Shown: positions 45,428 to 54,986 of the stretch, piece by piece
Position numbering within the stretch: the stretch's first letter is position 1
Layout of the letters: every line of letters begins with the position of its first letter
Virus record (IMG/VR): IMGVR_UViG_3300005529_000003
Span: 30,831 to 94,830 of that record
Length of the DNA: 64,000 bases
Source: a virus
Direction: 5' to 3' (one strand)
The notes under the pieces: generated by a model
What the model saw: only the letters and a program-made list of their open reading frames with translations
What the model was told of the DNA's origin: nothing
Database searches by the model: none
Made by a program: the position numbers and the translations under genes

Positions 45428-45901
45428 TCAGTCTTGATTGACTGAGGCGTTTTCTTTTTCTTCTTGGTCTAGATCAAGGCCGAATTTCTTTCTGTTCTCT
45501 TCGGAAACAGAAGGAATGACGCCGATTTTCATCGGTCGTAGTTCAACAAGTTGAATTTCCATCTCGTCATACAATTCCTTGTTAACTGACGTACGCCATG
45601 CATATATCCCCTGACTCCAATCTGTGTACCTCTGGGTTGCCGTGTCGGTAATCGCCCCGCGAGCTGCACTCACCGACTTGTAACGACCCATTTTCGAGCC
45701 GTCCTTCTTCGAGACAACCTCGTAATACGCCTCAGAGACGCCTGCCTTGACTCGCATCTGAGCAGCCTCGATCTTGCGATCATTGTCTTGCTCTTCCAGC
45801 CAGTCCCCGTAAGCTGCCGCAGCCGCCGTTCGCTCTGACCAATTCCCTTCTCTGATCGCCTTCTTGAACTCCCTCTCGATAGGGTCTGTGACCTTCTTCA
45901 C
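45428..45901 (-). CDS. Hypothetical protein with TIGR02996-like motif
   Basis: AAYGDWLEEQD...EAAQMRVKAGVS; paralog of 45898..46353. Confidence 0.65.
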   Translation of the reverse strand: MKKVTDPIEREFKKAIREGNWSERTAAAAAYGDWLEEQDNDRKIEAAQMRVKAGVSEAYYEVVSKKDGSKMGRYKSVSAARGAITDTATQRYTDWSQGIYAWRTSVNKELYDEMEIQLVELRPMKIGVIPSVSEENRKKFGLDLDQEEKENASVNQD

Positions 45902-46353
45902 TTCTTTTCTCCGAACTGTGAGAACCTCGCGACAATGTTCAGCGTGCGCGGTACTTCGTAAAGGACAACTTCGAGGATTTCGTCGAAAAACTTATCGAAC
46001 TGTTCTTTTGTGGTGTACAGGACTGTCTGCTTTAACCAGTTCCTCCAGATCCACCCTTTGTGATGTTCGATCCAGCGAGTAACCCGACTCAATGACTTGT
46101 ATCTTAACAGGACGTCTTTCGATTTCCTGTCGATGACGCCGTAGTAGACCCACGAGACGCCAGCTTTCATTCGCATCTTCGCGGCTTCTTCCTCGCGCTC
46201 CTGGTTCGACAGCCAATCGGCGTAAGCTCCTGCCGTTGCTTTTCTTGTCTCCTTATCTGTCTTCTTGTTCGCCAGCACCTCCTTGAACTGTTTCTCCAGA
46301 GCGTCTACTTTCTTCGCCACTTCAAGACCTCCAGCAAACACCACATTGTTCAC
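45898..46353 (-). CDS. Hypothetical protein with TIGR02996-like motif
   Basis: GAYADWLSNQEREEEAAKMRMKAGVS. Confidence 0.65.
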   Translation of the reverse strand: MNNVVFAGGLEVAKKVDALEKQFKEVLANKKTDKETRKATAGAYADWLSNQEREEEAAKMRMKAGVSWVYYGVIDRKSKDVLLRYKSLSRVTRWIEHHKGWIWRNWLKQTVLYTTKEQFDKFFDEILEVVLYEVPRTLNIVARFSQFGEKK

Positions 46354-46996
46354 ACGTCGTCTTTGTCACGCCGTTCTCAGGCGGACATACGAGCGTCAGC
46401 CCGATCTTCTTCTGCACGACCCCACGCAGCTTCCTCACCCTGAACACCAACTCACTTCCTTCAGGCGGCAAGTCCTCCTGACTTGTCATCATCCATGCCA
46501 ACCTGACGCCTTCAGGAACTCGCCGTGGCGTTCCTGTCTCCTGGTCGCAAGAGAACCACGCTCTGACGTTCTTCAGACCGGCGATCTCCTTCAACACCTT
46601 CAAGATTTCACGAACTCTCCAACTTCTTGTGTAGAAGTAGAAGATCGTTTGTGGGCATGTCTTCATTACCTCGAGCCACTTCCTTGTGTAGAGAGAAGAA
46701 TAGAAGTCGCCCGCAGCGTGAATGCGAACAACTTCTATCTTCTTCGATTCGATGAAGTGAATCATTCGCTTCACGAAAGTCTTACGCCTGGAGAGGCGAA
46801 AGTTCTTCTCGTATTGCGACTTGATGTTCGGGCGGAAGGCTTCGAGGTGAGCGGAGTAACAAGCTTTCGAGCAGAGGTCGGAGCGGCCAGGACACGTCTT
46901 GCGAGACGGCAAACTGAACGACCAAATTCTCCTTCGTTTCTTCTTTGAACCGGGACGTCCTTTACTCCGGAGCTTTGAGTTCCCCGGCGTTAACAC
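46322..46996 (-). CDS. GP88-like protein (Cys-rich, radical-SAM-like fold)
   Basis: GNSKL, FSLP...TCPG....C...CY, RIHAAGDF, YTRSW, CP......CEQCGVCW. Confidence 0.8.
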   Translation of the reverse strand: MLTPGNSKLRSKGRPGSKKKRRRIWSFSLPSRKTCPGRSDLCSKACYSAHLEAFRPNIKSQYEKNFRLSRRKTFVKRMIHFIESKKIEVVRIHAAGDFYSSLYTRKWLEVMKTCPQTIFYFYTRSWRVREILKVLKEIAGLKNVRAWFSCDQETGTPRRVPEGVRLAWMMTSQEDLPPEGSELVFRVRKLRGVVQKKIGLTLVCPPENGVTKTTCEQCGVCWRS

Positions 46997-47360
46997 TTGC
47001 GAACTCCTTGAAGCAATCAAGCTGGTTAAGGGCCTCGATGAACTCCTCGCCGTTCCATACTTGCTCTCCCCGACTGTCCATTCGGGCTCTTCGATCATGA
47101 AGATCCTGGATCTGTTCAAGATCCTTGATCGTCATGGATTGCGGAAGGATTTTCTTGATCAGCTCGTGGTCGAGGTCCCATACCGCAGAGCCTTCAAAGC
47201 TTTCGTGGTAGTCTTCGTCTTCGATCAAAATGCCGACAACACATTTCGTCTCATTCGGACCTCGGTATAAACACTGGCTATCAGGAGTTACTGATGGGAG
47301 GGTGCCGTCTATAGCCGCCTTCTTGAGCATCTCGTAGTATTCACGTTTCGTCACCGGCAT
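46962..47360 (-). CDS. Hypothetical phage protein
   Basis: CLYRGPNETKCVVGILI...EQIQDLHD motif. Confidence 0.7.
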   Translation of the reverse strand: MPVTKREYYEMLKKAAIDGTLPSVTPDSQCLYRGPNETKCVVGILIEDEDYHESFEGSAVWDLDHELIKKILPQSMTIKDLEQIQDLHDRRARMDSRGEQVWNGEEFIEALNQLDCFKEFASVNAGELKAPE

Positions 47361-47692
47361 TCTTTTTCTCCTTCACTCACGAAAGCTTCCAGGGTGTGAC
47401 ACACTCGCACGACCTCAGCGAATGAGTCTGCCCTACCTCGAGGAAATGCAGCGAGTAGAGGGTCACACTCACTTTCGGCTTCCTCCTGGTACTCCTTCTC
47501 TCTTGCCTCACAGTACTCGCGGATCTGCTGCACGATTGCTTTCGGTGATAGTGGCGTGAACTGGACGCCGAGGATCACTCCAAGCCCCTTGCAGAACGTC
47601 TCTCGCGTCCAGCCTTCTTTCTTTCGTTCCTCCACCCATGCCTGAATTTCTGTCAGGATCTCGTTCGTCTTCGGATCTGTTTCTTTAACCAC
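47351..47692 (-). CDS. Hypothetical protein
   Basis: 113-aa ORF in operon. Confidence 0.55.
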   Translation of the reverse strand: MVKETDPKTNEILTEIQAWVEERKKEGWTRETFCKGLGVILGVQFTPLSPKAIVQQIREYCEAREKEYQEEAESECDPLLAAFPRGRADSFAEVVRVCHTLEAFVSEGEKECR

Positions 47693-48107
47693 CGTACACC
47701 CCCGTCGTTTCTTCCACGTTCTTTCGTAACTCCAACGATCGCTTCACTTCCGGGATGAGGTTCGCTCGCATTTCATCACGCGGCGTATCGTCAAACCAGT
47801 TCAACCAGTATCTACATGCTGCTTTCTCCCCCATTCGCTGATCGATCTCGAAGCACATGGTTGCGAAAAATTCCTCAACCTCCATTACGGTTTCAAGTTT
47901 GTCACCGATCCAACCACAGAACCCCAAGGCACAAGCAGCTTCCACCGGCCAGGAAGCCACACAGAGAAGAGGGGGCGGTGTTGTCGTTGCTCCCTGGAGC
48001 AGCCTTTCGTCGTCTTTCTCCAGGGCAGTCAGCAGGGCCTGCAAGCCTTCTTCACTTAAAAGAGGTGCGACTCCTTGTCGCCATACTGTCTTCCACATCT
48101 CGATCAT
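47685..48107 (-). CDS. Conserved hypothetical protein (planctomycete-like)
   Basis: WKTVWRQG...LLQGATTTPPPL.CV..WPVEAAC...LNWFDDTPRDEMR; similarity recalled, not searched. Confidence 0.7.
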   Translation of the reverse strand: MIEMWKTVWRQGVAPLLSEEGLQALLTALEKDDERLLQGATTTPPPLLCVASWPVEAACALGFCGWIGDKLETVMEVEEFFATMCFEIDQRMGEKAACRYWLNWFDDTPRDEMRANLIPEVKRSLELRKNVEETTGVYGG

Positions 48108-48580
48108 GCTTCCCTCCATTCGCCGTTCGTCCACCGCTCGTAAAGCAACACCTTGCAGTCGTGGATCTTCCACACCGCCGTCTCGTTGTTCGCGGACAGC
48201 ACCTTCACGAACGCCTTGTAAACAAGCTGATCTTCCTTGTTGTGCATGTCCGCCTTCTTGACAGCCTCCAGGGGCGTATTGGCGTAAGTGAAGAGGATCG
48301 TCACTCCGTCGTTTTTCGCCAACCTCACCTCATAAAGGAGTAGAGGAGACTTTTCTTCCACCTTCTTCTCTTCTGAACTCTTTCGAGGGTTAAGCGGATT
48401 GAGTTCGATCAACTTGTCGTGGTGGTCGCTCGAAATGGCAGGAAATGCGAGAATGTTGTACATTCCCCCGTAACGGTGCTGGAACGTCAAGGAGTTGTCC
48501 ACGCAGAACTTCAGGATCTCCATGACGTTCCACGGGTACACATACGCCTCCCAGCCGTACAGGATTCGGTGATCGCTCAC
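48104..48580 (-). CDS. Hypothetical protein
   Basis: 158-aa ORF, coupled. Confidence 0.55.
   Translation of the reverse strand: MSDHRILYGWEAYVYPWNVMEILKFCVDNSLTFQHRYGGMYNILAFPAISSDHHDKLIELNPLNPRKSSEEKKVEEKSPLLLYEVRLAKNDGVTILFTYANTPLEAVKKADMHNKEDQLVYKAFVKVLSANNETAVWKIHDCKVLLYERWTNGEWREA
48315..48353. repeat. 39-bp dyad element, copy 5 (inside an ORF)
   Basis: ttcgccaacctcacctc-ataaa-ggagtagaggagacttt. Confidence 0.55.
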
Positions 48581-48894
48581 GATTTTTTCTCTTCCTTCTT
48601 TTTCGGTTTGACGAGGGTCAAAAGCTTCTCTCGGAGTGAAGGCGAGCTGTAATGGCCGTTGTCTGCCGCCACTGCGATATCATACGCCTGACTTGCTGAT
48701 AGTCCCAGGCCCTCCCCCGCCCTCTTGTACGCCGTGAGGTCGAACACCGTGTTGTTCTTCAGGAAACACGCGGCGGTCAGCGGGCAGCAAAGTTTCCTCA
48801 CGCCCTTCACCGTGATGATGCACTGGATCATGCCCGCTTGACGGAGTTCCCACGGCAGATCCTTGACCGTTTCGACGATTTCGTCAACTGTCAT
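48577..48894 (-). CDS. Orphan CP(L/I)TA family paralog 1
   Basis: MTVDEIVE...CCPLTAA...AADN...LREKLL. Confidence 0.75.
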   Translation of the reverse strand: MTVDEIVETVKDLPWELRQAGMIQCIITVKGVRKLCCPLTAACFLKNNTVFDLTAYKRAGEGLGLSASQAYDIAVAADNGHYSSPSLREKLLTLVKPKKKEEKKS

Positions 48895-48908
48895 TTCGTT
48901 TCTCCTTA

Positions 48909-49229
48909 CTAAGGCTTGACGAGCGTCAGAAGTTTCTGGCGGATGTCGAGGTCTTGTTTCTTGTTTCCGTCGGCGGCAAGTACAATTTGTGTAGTCAATT
49001 CTTCCGGAATATCACTCACCTTCCCCGCCGTGTACGGGAAATGAGGCCCATACACTCTTCCAGTACGCAAAAAACAGAAGGCGGTGATTGGGCAGAAACA
49101 TTGCTCCTCGTCCACATTTGAGTGTTTGAGGAAGCAGCGAATCACACAATCCCCAACTTCACAATCCCCAACTTCTCCTATCTTCCAGGGCAGATCCTTG
49201 ATCACCTCGATGATTTCATCAACGTCCAT
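48909..49229 (-). CDS. Orphan CP(L/I)TA family paralog 2
   Basis: MDVDEIIE...FCPITAF...AADG...IRQKLL. Confidence 0.75.
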   Translation of the reverse strand: MDVDEIIEVIKDLPWKIGEVGDCEVGDCVIRCFLKHSNVDEEQCFCPITAFCFLRTGRVYGPHFPYTAGKVSDIPEELTTQIVLAADGNKKQDLDIRQKLLTLVKP

Positions 49230-49259
49230 TATTTTCTCTTTCGTGTCAGAAGTTAAATG

Positions 49260-50339
49260 TCAGAGGTTTGGACTGTAACGCGAGGCCGCACTGCGAGCGA
49301 TCTGGCATAACTCCTCTTCCTCGAGTGGCGGCTCGCAACGAGTGTTCATGTTCTTGAGAGCGGCTCGAATTTCGTTCTCCGCTGCACCGAACCGCCTGAG
49401 AGCCGACGCCGCCCTGAACAATGTTCGATTCCTCAGCCCCTCGTGGATGACGATCCCCCCGTCCATCGCCATCGACACACCTTCTACGCTGCTCGCATGA
49501 GACGGCAACGGTAGTGGCTTCCACGGCTGAAAAGTCGTGAGAGCTTTCTGATTCAACTGCCAGGTATACTTCTTCCCCTTGCAATGGAGAGACGGAGGCA
49601 TGACGGAGATGCGACCTTCTGACAGCAACTCGACCTGGCCCTCGGAGAACTTCAAGCACGAGTTCGCAGGCGGCTTCATGTCGTCAGGGAGGAAGTAGAC
49701 GAGCCTTTGCCCCCGATGCGTATCGAATGTGAGAGTATCGGAGAGATCGAGCCACGCCAACTCTTCAAGGGCCTTCTCTGTTGGCCCATCGATATCGACG
49801 CTGACGAGGTTCGACACCTTGCCCATGACGACGCCGACGTTCGCGGACGGGTGCCTGCGGAACTGGTCCTCGAGTTCCTGCTCAGTGGGAGGTCGTTGCT
49901 GCCACAAGCGCCAGCGGCAGTCTACTGGCACTTTACCGAACTTGTCGGGGCGACGGCAAACCTTCCTGTGCTCTGCCCCCACGCCGTAATGATCTCGCGG
50001 GCAAAGCGCGACGACGGACCATCCCAGGCGGAGGTAATGGAGTGCCGCCTTGAAGCGGGGGTTTTTTCTGAAGTCATCCGCGTACGTCTCGTCTTGGCAC
50101 TCTTCCTTGACGGCCTGTTCGAATTTGTTTTCGTCACTGATGGTCGCGTTCTCGTACACCTCATTCTCCTGAGTCTCTCTTTCGACAACATTCACGGACC
50201 ACGAATTGATAAGGAACTGGGCCAACTCGTTTCCTCTCTCGTCGAGGAGACGATCTCTTAACAGATGCAGCTTCTTTACTGACAGAGTAGGCCCTTTGTC
50301 GATGTACTTCTCCTCATTGCTGTAGAACTGGATCTTCAC
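49260..50339 (-). CDS. Bifunctional DNA primase/polymerase with PriCT-1 domain
   Basis: ALHYLRLGWSVVAL, KVP, ANVGVVMG, VDID, MPPSLH, EGLRNRTLF, CEPPLEEEE. Confidence 0.9.
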   Translation of the reverse strand: MKIQFYSNEEKYIDKGPTLSVKKLHLLRDRLLDERGNELAQFLINSWSVNVVERETQENEVYENATISDENKFEQAVKEECQDETYADDFRKNPRFKAALHYLRLGWSVVALCPRDHYGVGAEHRKVCRRPDKFGKVPVDCRWRLWQQRPPTEQELEDQFRRHPSANVGVVMGKVSNLVSVDIDGPTEKALEELAWLDLSDTLTFDTHRGQRLVYFLPDDMKPPANSCLKFSEGQVELLSEGRISVMPPSLHCKGKKYTWQLNQKALTTFQPWKPLPLPSHASSVEGVSMAMDGGIVIHEGLRNRTLFRAASALRRFGAAENEIRAALKNMNTRCEPPLEEEELCQIARSAASRYSPNL

Positions 50340-50647
50340 GACTCTCTTGCACTCGGTCTAGATACGGGGGTGAATTCGACAGTGACTTCGATATTACTTA
50401 CAATCACAACTCATGACAAAGCCCGCATTCTTCTTCCACTGCGGGCGTATCTCCTGCTTGCAGAACATGCAGCGTACGCTGTGCGTGTACTCGTGGACGG
50501 GGAGAGGGCCTTCCAGCTCGTCCACCGTGACGCATTTAGGGGTGTTCTTTGTGTTTTCTTTTTCGATGCGGTCGGCGGCTTCCTGCTTTCTATCTCTGCG
50601 GGGTTTTCGCCTTGTTCTCAACCTTAGAATGATGGGGGATGCGGTCA

Positions 50648-50992
50648 TTATAAGTGGCTCTCCATTGTCTTTGTAATATTCAGCCTGTTCTTTTCGATCC
50701 ACTGTTGTTCAAAGTCTAATGCAGCGAGTCGATTTACATAAGGCCCGACTACAGGTCCTCCAAGTGGCCTCAAATCAACAAACCATTTATCTTTCTCGAT
50801 GAGTTTTTCGTTGTAGTAAGGATGATCTTTGATCCACATATTTTGTGCGTCCATACTTAAACAAGACCACGGCTCGACGTGCGAAGCTCTCTTTACTTCA
50901 CACTCTCCTGAATGCTCGATCTTCAAGTTATCCGTGGTGATGTGCATCACGACACCATTTTCATCGATCTTCACGATGATCTTCGTTTGCAT
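50648..50992 (-). CDS. Conserved hypothetical protein (RASHVEP motif)
   Basis: KRASHVEP...WFVDLRPLGGPVVGPY..R.AAL..E..W; GGAG SD. Confidence 0.7.
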   Translation of the reverse strand: MQTKIIVKIDENGVVMHITTDNLKIEHSGECEVKRASHVEPWSCLSMDAQNMWIKDHPYYNEKLIEKDKWFVDLRPLGGPVVGPYVNRLAALDFEQQWIEKNRLNITKTMESHL

Positions 50993-51066
50993 TTCATTCT
51001 CCGTAAATGAAACAACGTACGCCACTAAAGACGTACGTTGTTTCTTTGTTCATTGTTTGTCACACT

Positions 51067-51333
51067 TCATTCCACTATTTCTTCTTCCTCCTTGATGAAC
51101 GTGAGTACTTCCTCTTCAGTCCAACCATCCTTGTTTTCTCCTGGCGTCACATAAAGTAACCAGCACTCATCGTCATCGTCGAGAAGGTAAAGCCCGCAGT
51201 TGTATTTCCCATTTGATCGAGGTCCCTCGACTATGATCTTCCAGTAAGGCGTAAGCTCTTTCTCGAATGACTGTGGAAGTCCTACCCTTCGAGCAAATCC
51301 TTTCGCCTTCAAGTTCTCCACGAACACGTTCAT
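51067..51333 (-). CDS. Hypothetical protein
   Basis: 88-aa coupled ORF. Confidence 0.55.
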   Translation of the reverse strand: MNVFVENLKAKGFARRVGLPQSFEKELTPYWKIIVEGPRSNGKYNCGLYLLDDDDECWLLYVTPGENKDGWTEEEVLTFIKEEEEIVE

Positions 51334-52322
51334 CAGAGTTCAACCTCGTTGAGCTTGCCTGCAACGTCGCTCGAGAACTGGCGGCGAGGCAATGTCGTCA
51401 CCATCTTGTCGAGTGACTCCTTGAGCTTGTTCATGCCGTCCTTGACCTGGCTCTTGATCCAGTCCACGTTCTTCACCTCGTTCACGGAGATGGGAATACG
51501 ACCCGTACTGGTGTTTACAGTGAGGATCTCCTGAGCCTGGTTAACAAGCCCTTCGAGTTCAGCGTTCGACCCGCAATAGAGGTTCTTGAACCGCTGGACA
51601 AAGGCGTTGACGTTCTCGAGCGAAGCCTGCTTGAAGACCTTCCGCTCGCCCTCTTCTCCAGGCTCCAGGCGTTCAGAGAGGTGCGACACGAGTTCGTGGA
51701 ACGTCTCTACGAACACCTGTTCACCGAGAGATGCCGCCTCGTCAAACCGCTGGCGGACTCGCTCGGCCTGCTCCCGATATAGATCAGGGTTAACGCCCTG
51801 GAGCCACTCAGGCGGCTCGAGCGATGGGTAATCGACAGTGAACCCATATTTCTCCACGATCGACACAGGGTAGTCGGCATCGTTGTAGAGGTCGCCCAAC
51901 TCCTGCCTCGCCTCCGCCTTGACGTCGCTGAGGTGGGCCTGGAGGTCCTCTACGGCAGTTGTCAACTCCGCTCGAATCGAGTTGACGAAGTCTGTCCACA
52001 AAGGAAGGGCGGAGGTCTTGAGAAGGCGAACGCCGTCCTCGATCCACTCGTCCGTCCTCTCCTGCCACTCCTGCCGCAATCTCGACAGGATCTTGCTGAC
52101 GGCGGCAATGTACTGGTTGTCGCTGTTAGCAAGCTTCTTGCCACCTGTCATCCGCTTCGACTGAGCGCCGAACGCATTCGCTGCCGTCTTCCTCTGATCC
52201 TTGGACAGCGACTTCGACAGACCCCAGCGATTGATGACGAGCTTGCAACCCATTCGCGTTCTGCGAAGTCGTTCACCAGGAGTCAGCAAACTGATATCTT
52301 GATTCGTTTGTTCTTCGGACAT
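51333..52322 (-). CDS. Helical conserved protein (DUF3150-like)
   Basis: GGKKL, GVRLL, ARQELGDLYNDADYP, LSERL...KVF; AAGGAG SD. Confidence 0.7.
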   Translation of the reverse strand: MSEEQTNQDISLLTPGERLRRTRMGCKLVINRWGLSKSLSKDQRKTAANAFGAQSKRMTGGKKLANSDNQYIAAVSKILSRLRQEWQERTDEWIEDGVRLLKTSALPLWTDFVNSIRAELTTAVEDLQAHLSDVKAEARQELGDLYNDADYPVSIVEKYGFTVDYPSLEPPEWLQGVNPDLYREQAERVRQRFDEAASLGEQVFVETFHELVSHLSERLEPGEEGERKVFKQASLENVNAFVQRFKNLYCGSNAELEGLVNQAQEILTVNTSTGRIPISVNEVKNVDWIKSQVKDGMNKLKESLDKMVTTLPRRQFSSDVAGKLNEVEL

Positions 52323-52363
52323 TGAGTTCTCTCCTTTAGTCTTTAGTCGTTAGTCGTTAAATG

Positions 52364-52402
52364 AAAATCTCCACCGCCTCATCATGAAGGGGTGGAGACT
52401 TT
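52364..52402. repeat. 39-bp dyad element, copy 6
   Basis: aaaatctccaccgcctc-atcat-gaaggggtggagacttt. Confidence 0.75.
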
Positions 52403-52427
52403 TCTTACTTCCAGTTGTTCACGATGA

Positions 52428-52769
52428 TCAGTTCACGAGAGCAAGAAGGCGATCTCGAATCCTGATCACCTCATGATCGACGGAAAGACTTTCTTGTTCT
52501 CGATTGTAAACATTGTCCGAAGCCTGAACGATCTTAACCGCATCGTCAATCTTGAGGTTAAGCCTTTCGGCCATCGCTCTCACTTGATGGATTGTAAATA
52601 CAATCTGCGTCTTCTTGTATGCCAGGGCACTAAGAGGACAGTGAGTACAAGTCCAGGCGAATGCGGGATGTTGACCGTGCGAGCGAATGCACTTCTGAGA
52701 GTTGTCGATCGTCCACGGGAACTCATCCTTGAGCTTGAGGATCTCGTCCACCGCCTCGTCGAGCGTCAT
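52428..52769 (-). CDS. Orphan CP(L/I)TA family paralog 3
   Basis: MTLDEAVD...HCPLSAL...ASDN...IRDRLL. Confidence 0.75.
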   Translation of the reverse strand: MTLDEAVDEILKLKDEFPWTIDNSQKCIRSHGQHPAFAWTCTHCPLSALAYKKTQIVFTIHQVRAMAERLNLKIDDAVKIVQASDNVYNREQESLSVDHEVIRIRDRLLALVN

Positions 52770-53107
52770 TCATCTCTCTCCTTCTTCGTGAGCGTGAGGA
52801 GCTTCTGGCGGACGATCGCTCTAGGAGAGTCCGGCTCGTTTGTGTTCCGCCTGTCCGCCGCATCGGCGATGATCTCGGCATCTTTTTCCGCAATCCCCAG
52901 CTCCTCTGCTGCTAGTGCGTAATCTCCGCTCCAGTATGCCTTCCCTGTCCGTTTCAAGCAAAGTGCGGTGAGCGGGCACAGTCGATTTGCTTCTCCTTTT
53001 CCTAATTCCTCTCTCCACCACCGCAACCAGCCGTCGCTGTCGTCGATCGTCCAGTTTTCGTCCCTCGTCTCTTCCAGAATCGCGTTCACTGCTTCGTCAA
53101 GTGTCAT
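52766..53107 (-). CDS. Orphan CP(L/I)TA family paralog 4
   Basis: MTLDEAVN...LCPLTAL...AADR...VRQKLL. Confidence 0.75.
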   Translation of the reverse strand: MTLDEAVNAILEETRDENWTIDDSDGWLRWWREELGKGEANRLCPLTALCLKRTGKAYWSGDYALAAEELGIAEKDAEIIADAADRRNTNEPDSPRAIVRQKLLTLTKKERDE

Positions 53108-53108
53108 G

Positions 53109-53450
53109 TCATTCTCCGTAGTGTTTTGGGTGAAGCCCTTCTAGAAACCGCCGACGAATCTCTGTTGCCACTGGTGATGCTCCGTGGCAGCAGTCTGCCG
53201 CACGGATGATCGTATCGATGTCCCTGAAGCCAATTTCCAGTATTGTTCCCGCTTTTCGAAAATCGACCGCTGGCAGCAATTTACTTGTCCTTTTGAATAC
53301 GAGTGCCGTCAGTGGACACATCGTGCAAGTCGGTAGAGTACTATTACTCTCCTCGTAACGACTTGCACGAAGCGTCCCCAGAGGGTTCAACCTCCAGTCC
53401 ATGTCCTTCGTCTCCTCGATCACAGCAGTCATGAACTCCTCGAGCGTCAC
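53109..53450 (-). CDS. Orphan CP(L/I)TA family paralog 5
   Basis: GTG start VTLEEFM...MCPLTAL...AADC...IRRRFL. Confidence 0.7.
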   Translation of the reverse strand: MTLEEFMTAVIEETKDMDWRLNPLGTLRASRYEESNSTLPTCTMCPLTALVFKRTSKLLPAVDFRKAGTILEIGFRDIDTIIRAADCCHGASPVATEIRRRFLEGLHPKHYGE

Positions 53451-54958
53451 AGTTCTGTTCCTTTCTCTGTCTTGAGCGCGTCCAGCCGTCTCTGAATTGA
53501 AGAGGACGGTAGCGGTTTGTTGTAGTAGATTCCCGGCGACGACGCTGAAAGTGCCCACCCCGACGCGAACTCCTTTATCTGGCGGATGGCTTCTGGTGCT
53601 CTCCTGACGTTCACCGGCACTCGTTCCACAGCTTCACCGAACGAGTACCCCATCTCACTGACGAGGTAACAAAGTTGTTCCACCTCCGCTCCTGTCCATC
53701 CTTCAAGATCTCCACACGCCTTGTTGACCGCGGCGACGGAGTCCACGAGCCCCGCCTTCTTCAGGTGGTATTCGAGGATCGAGTCGCGTTCTTCTTTCGT
53801 TGGGAGGTCGAGGAAGAACGTGGCGTCAAAGCGGCCAGGGCGAAGGAACTCGTACGGAATGGAAGCGACGTTGTTTGCCGTGGCGATCAGGTAGACGTCG
53901 GCCGTCGTCTCCTGTCGCCACGTTAAGAGCGTGCCGAAGATCCTCGCCATAACTCCAGAGTCATTGGACGAGCTGCTGCCGGCAAGGTCCTTCTCGATCT
54001 CCTCCAGGCGGACCACGACAGGTGCGAGGGCCTCGAGTTGGTCGAGGACGAGGCGGAGGTTCGCCTCGCTCTGCCCAACGAGCGACCCGAGCAAGGAGCC
54101 AATCCTCAACAGGACTGTGTTCCGACCCACTTCATTCCCCAGAGCAGAAGAGAAGAGACTTTTCCCTGCCCCGGACGCTCCTACGAGACAGATCCCCTTC
54201 GCCGGCTTCTTCCTCTCAGGGCGGAAAGCCCGCAACGTGAAGTCTTTGAGGTGGGCGAGCCCCTTGACGTCCGCGAACGTCAGTGAGGAGCGCTCCATCT
54301 TCAAGAAGCCGCCCTTCTCCAGCACCTTTGCCTTCGAGTGCCAGAGGGCTTTCGGCGTCACGGGCTCGTCCCTCGCCAGACAAAGGGCCAGTTCCTGCTC
54401 GGCCTCGAAGCGCATAAGTCCCGACAACGCTTCGAGTGTCGCCTTCTGAAGTGGAGAGCCTTCTTCTCGACCGAGCGTGCGGTTGACTAGCTTCTGGATC
54501 TCCTCGTGCCCTGGAGGCTCATGGCGGAGGACAGCGATGTACGTCTGGAGTTCGTCGGGGATGTTCACGAACGGCGACAGGATGATGAAGTACGCCCCGA
54601 CGCTCTTGCCGACAGCGATCGCGTTCAAGAGCGATTGCTTGAGGTCGGGGATCTTGATAAAGTCGTGGAGGTTATGAAGGGCGATTGCGTACTTCTTCTG
54701 CGACTCCGCCGCCTCGCCGATCTTCTGGAAGACGCTCTTGATGGCATTTCCTGGAGCCATCTTGCTCCCCTCAACCGTGGGACCATCGTCATTGACTTCA
54801 CGCAGGCCGACGTCAGCATCCCAGGAGAGAAGCTGAACGTCGTGAGCAGTACACACTCGCCGCATGACTCGCTGTGTCTCGGGCGGCTCTCGTGTTTGTA
54901 CCCACATCCCCGCCGCTCCTGCCTTCAAGTGCTGTGCGAACGATTCCTCGAACTTCAT
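53447..54958 (-). CDS. Ycf46-like AAA+ ATPase
   Basis: Degenerate N-terminal AAA domain; GASGAGKS, RLEEIEK, ATANN, FLRPGRFD. Confidence 0.88.
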   Translation of the reverse strand: MKFEESFAQHLKAGAAGMWVQTREPPETQRVMRRVCTAHDVQLLSWDADVGLREVNDDGPTVEGSKMAPGNAIKSVFQKIGEAAESQKKYAIALHNLHDFIKIPDLKQSLLNAIAVGKSVGAYFIILSPFVNIPDELQTYIAVLRHEPPGHEEIQKLVNRTLGREEGSPLQKATLEALSGLMRFEAEQELALCLARDEPVTPKALWHSKAKVLEKGGFLKMERSSLTFADVKGLAHLKDFTLRAFRPERKKPAKGICLVGASGAGKSLFSSALGNEVGRNTVLLRIGSLLGSLVGQSEANLRLVLDQLEALAPVVVRLEEIEKDLAGSSSSNDSGVMARIFGTLLTWRQETTADVYLIATANNVASIPYEFLRPGRFDATFFLDLPTKEERDSILEYHLKKAGLVDSVAAVNKACGDLEGWTGAEVEQLCYLVSEMGYSFGEAVERVPVNVRRAPEAIRQIKEFASGWALSASSPGIYYNKPLPSSSIQRRLDALKTEKGTEL

Positions 54959-54986
54959 CGTTTAGTTCCTCTCTCGTCATCATTTG

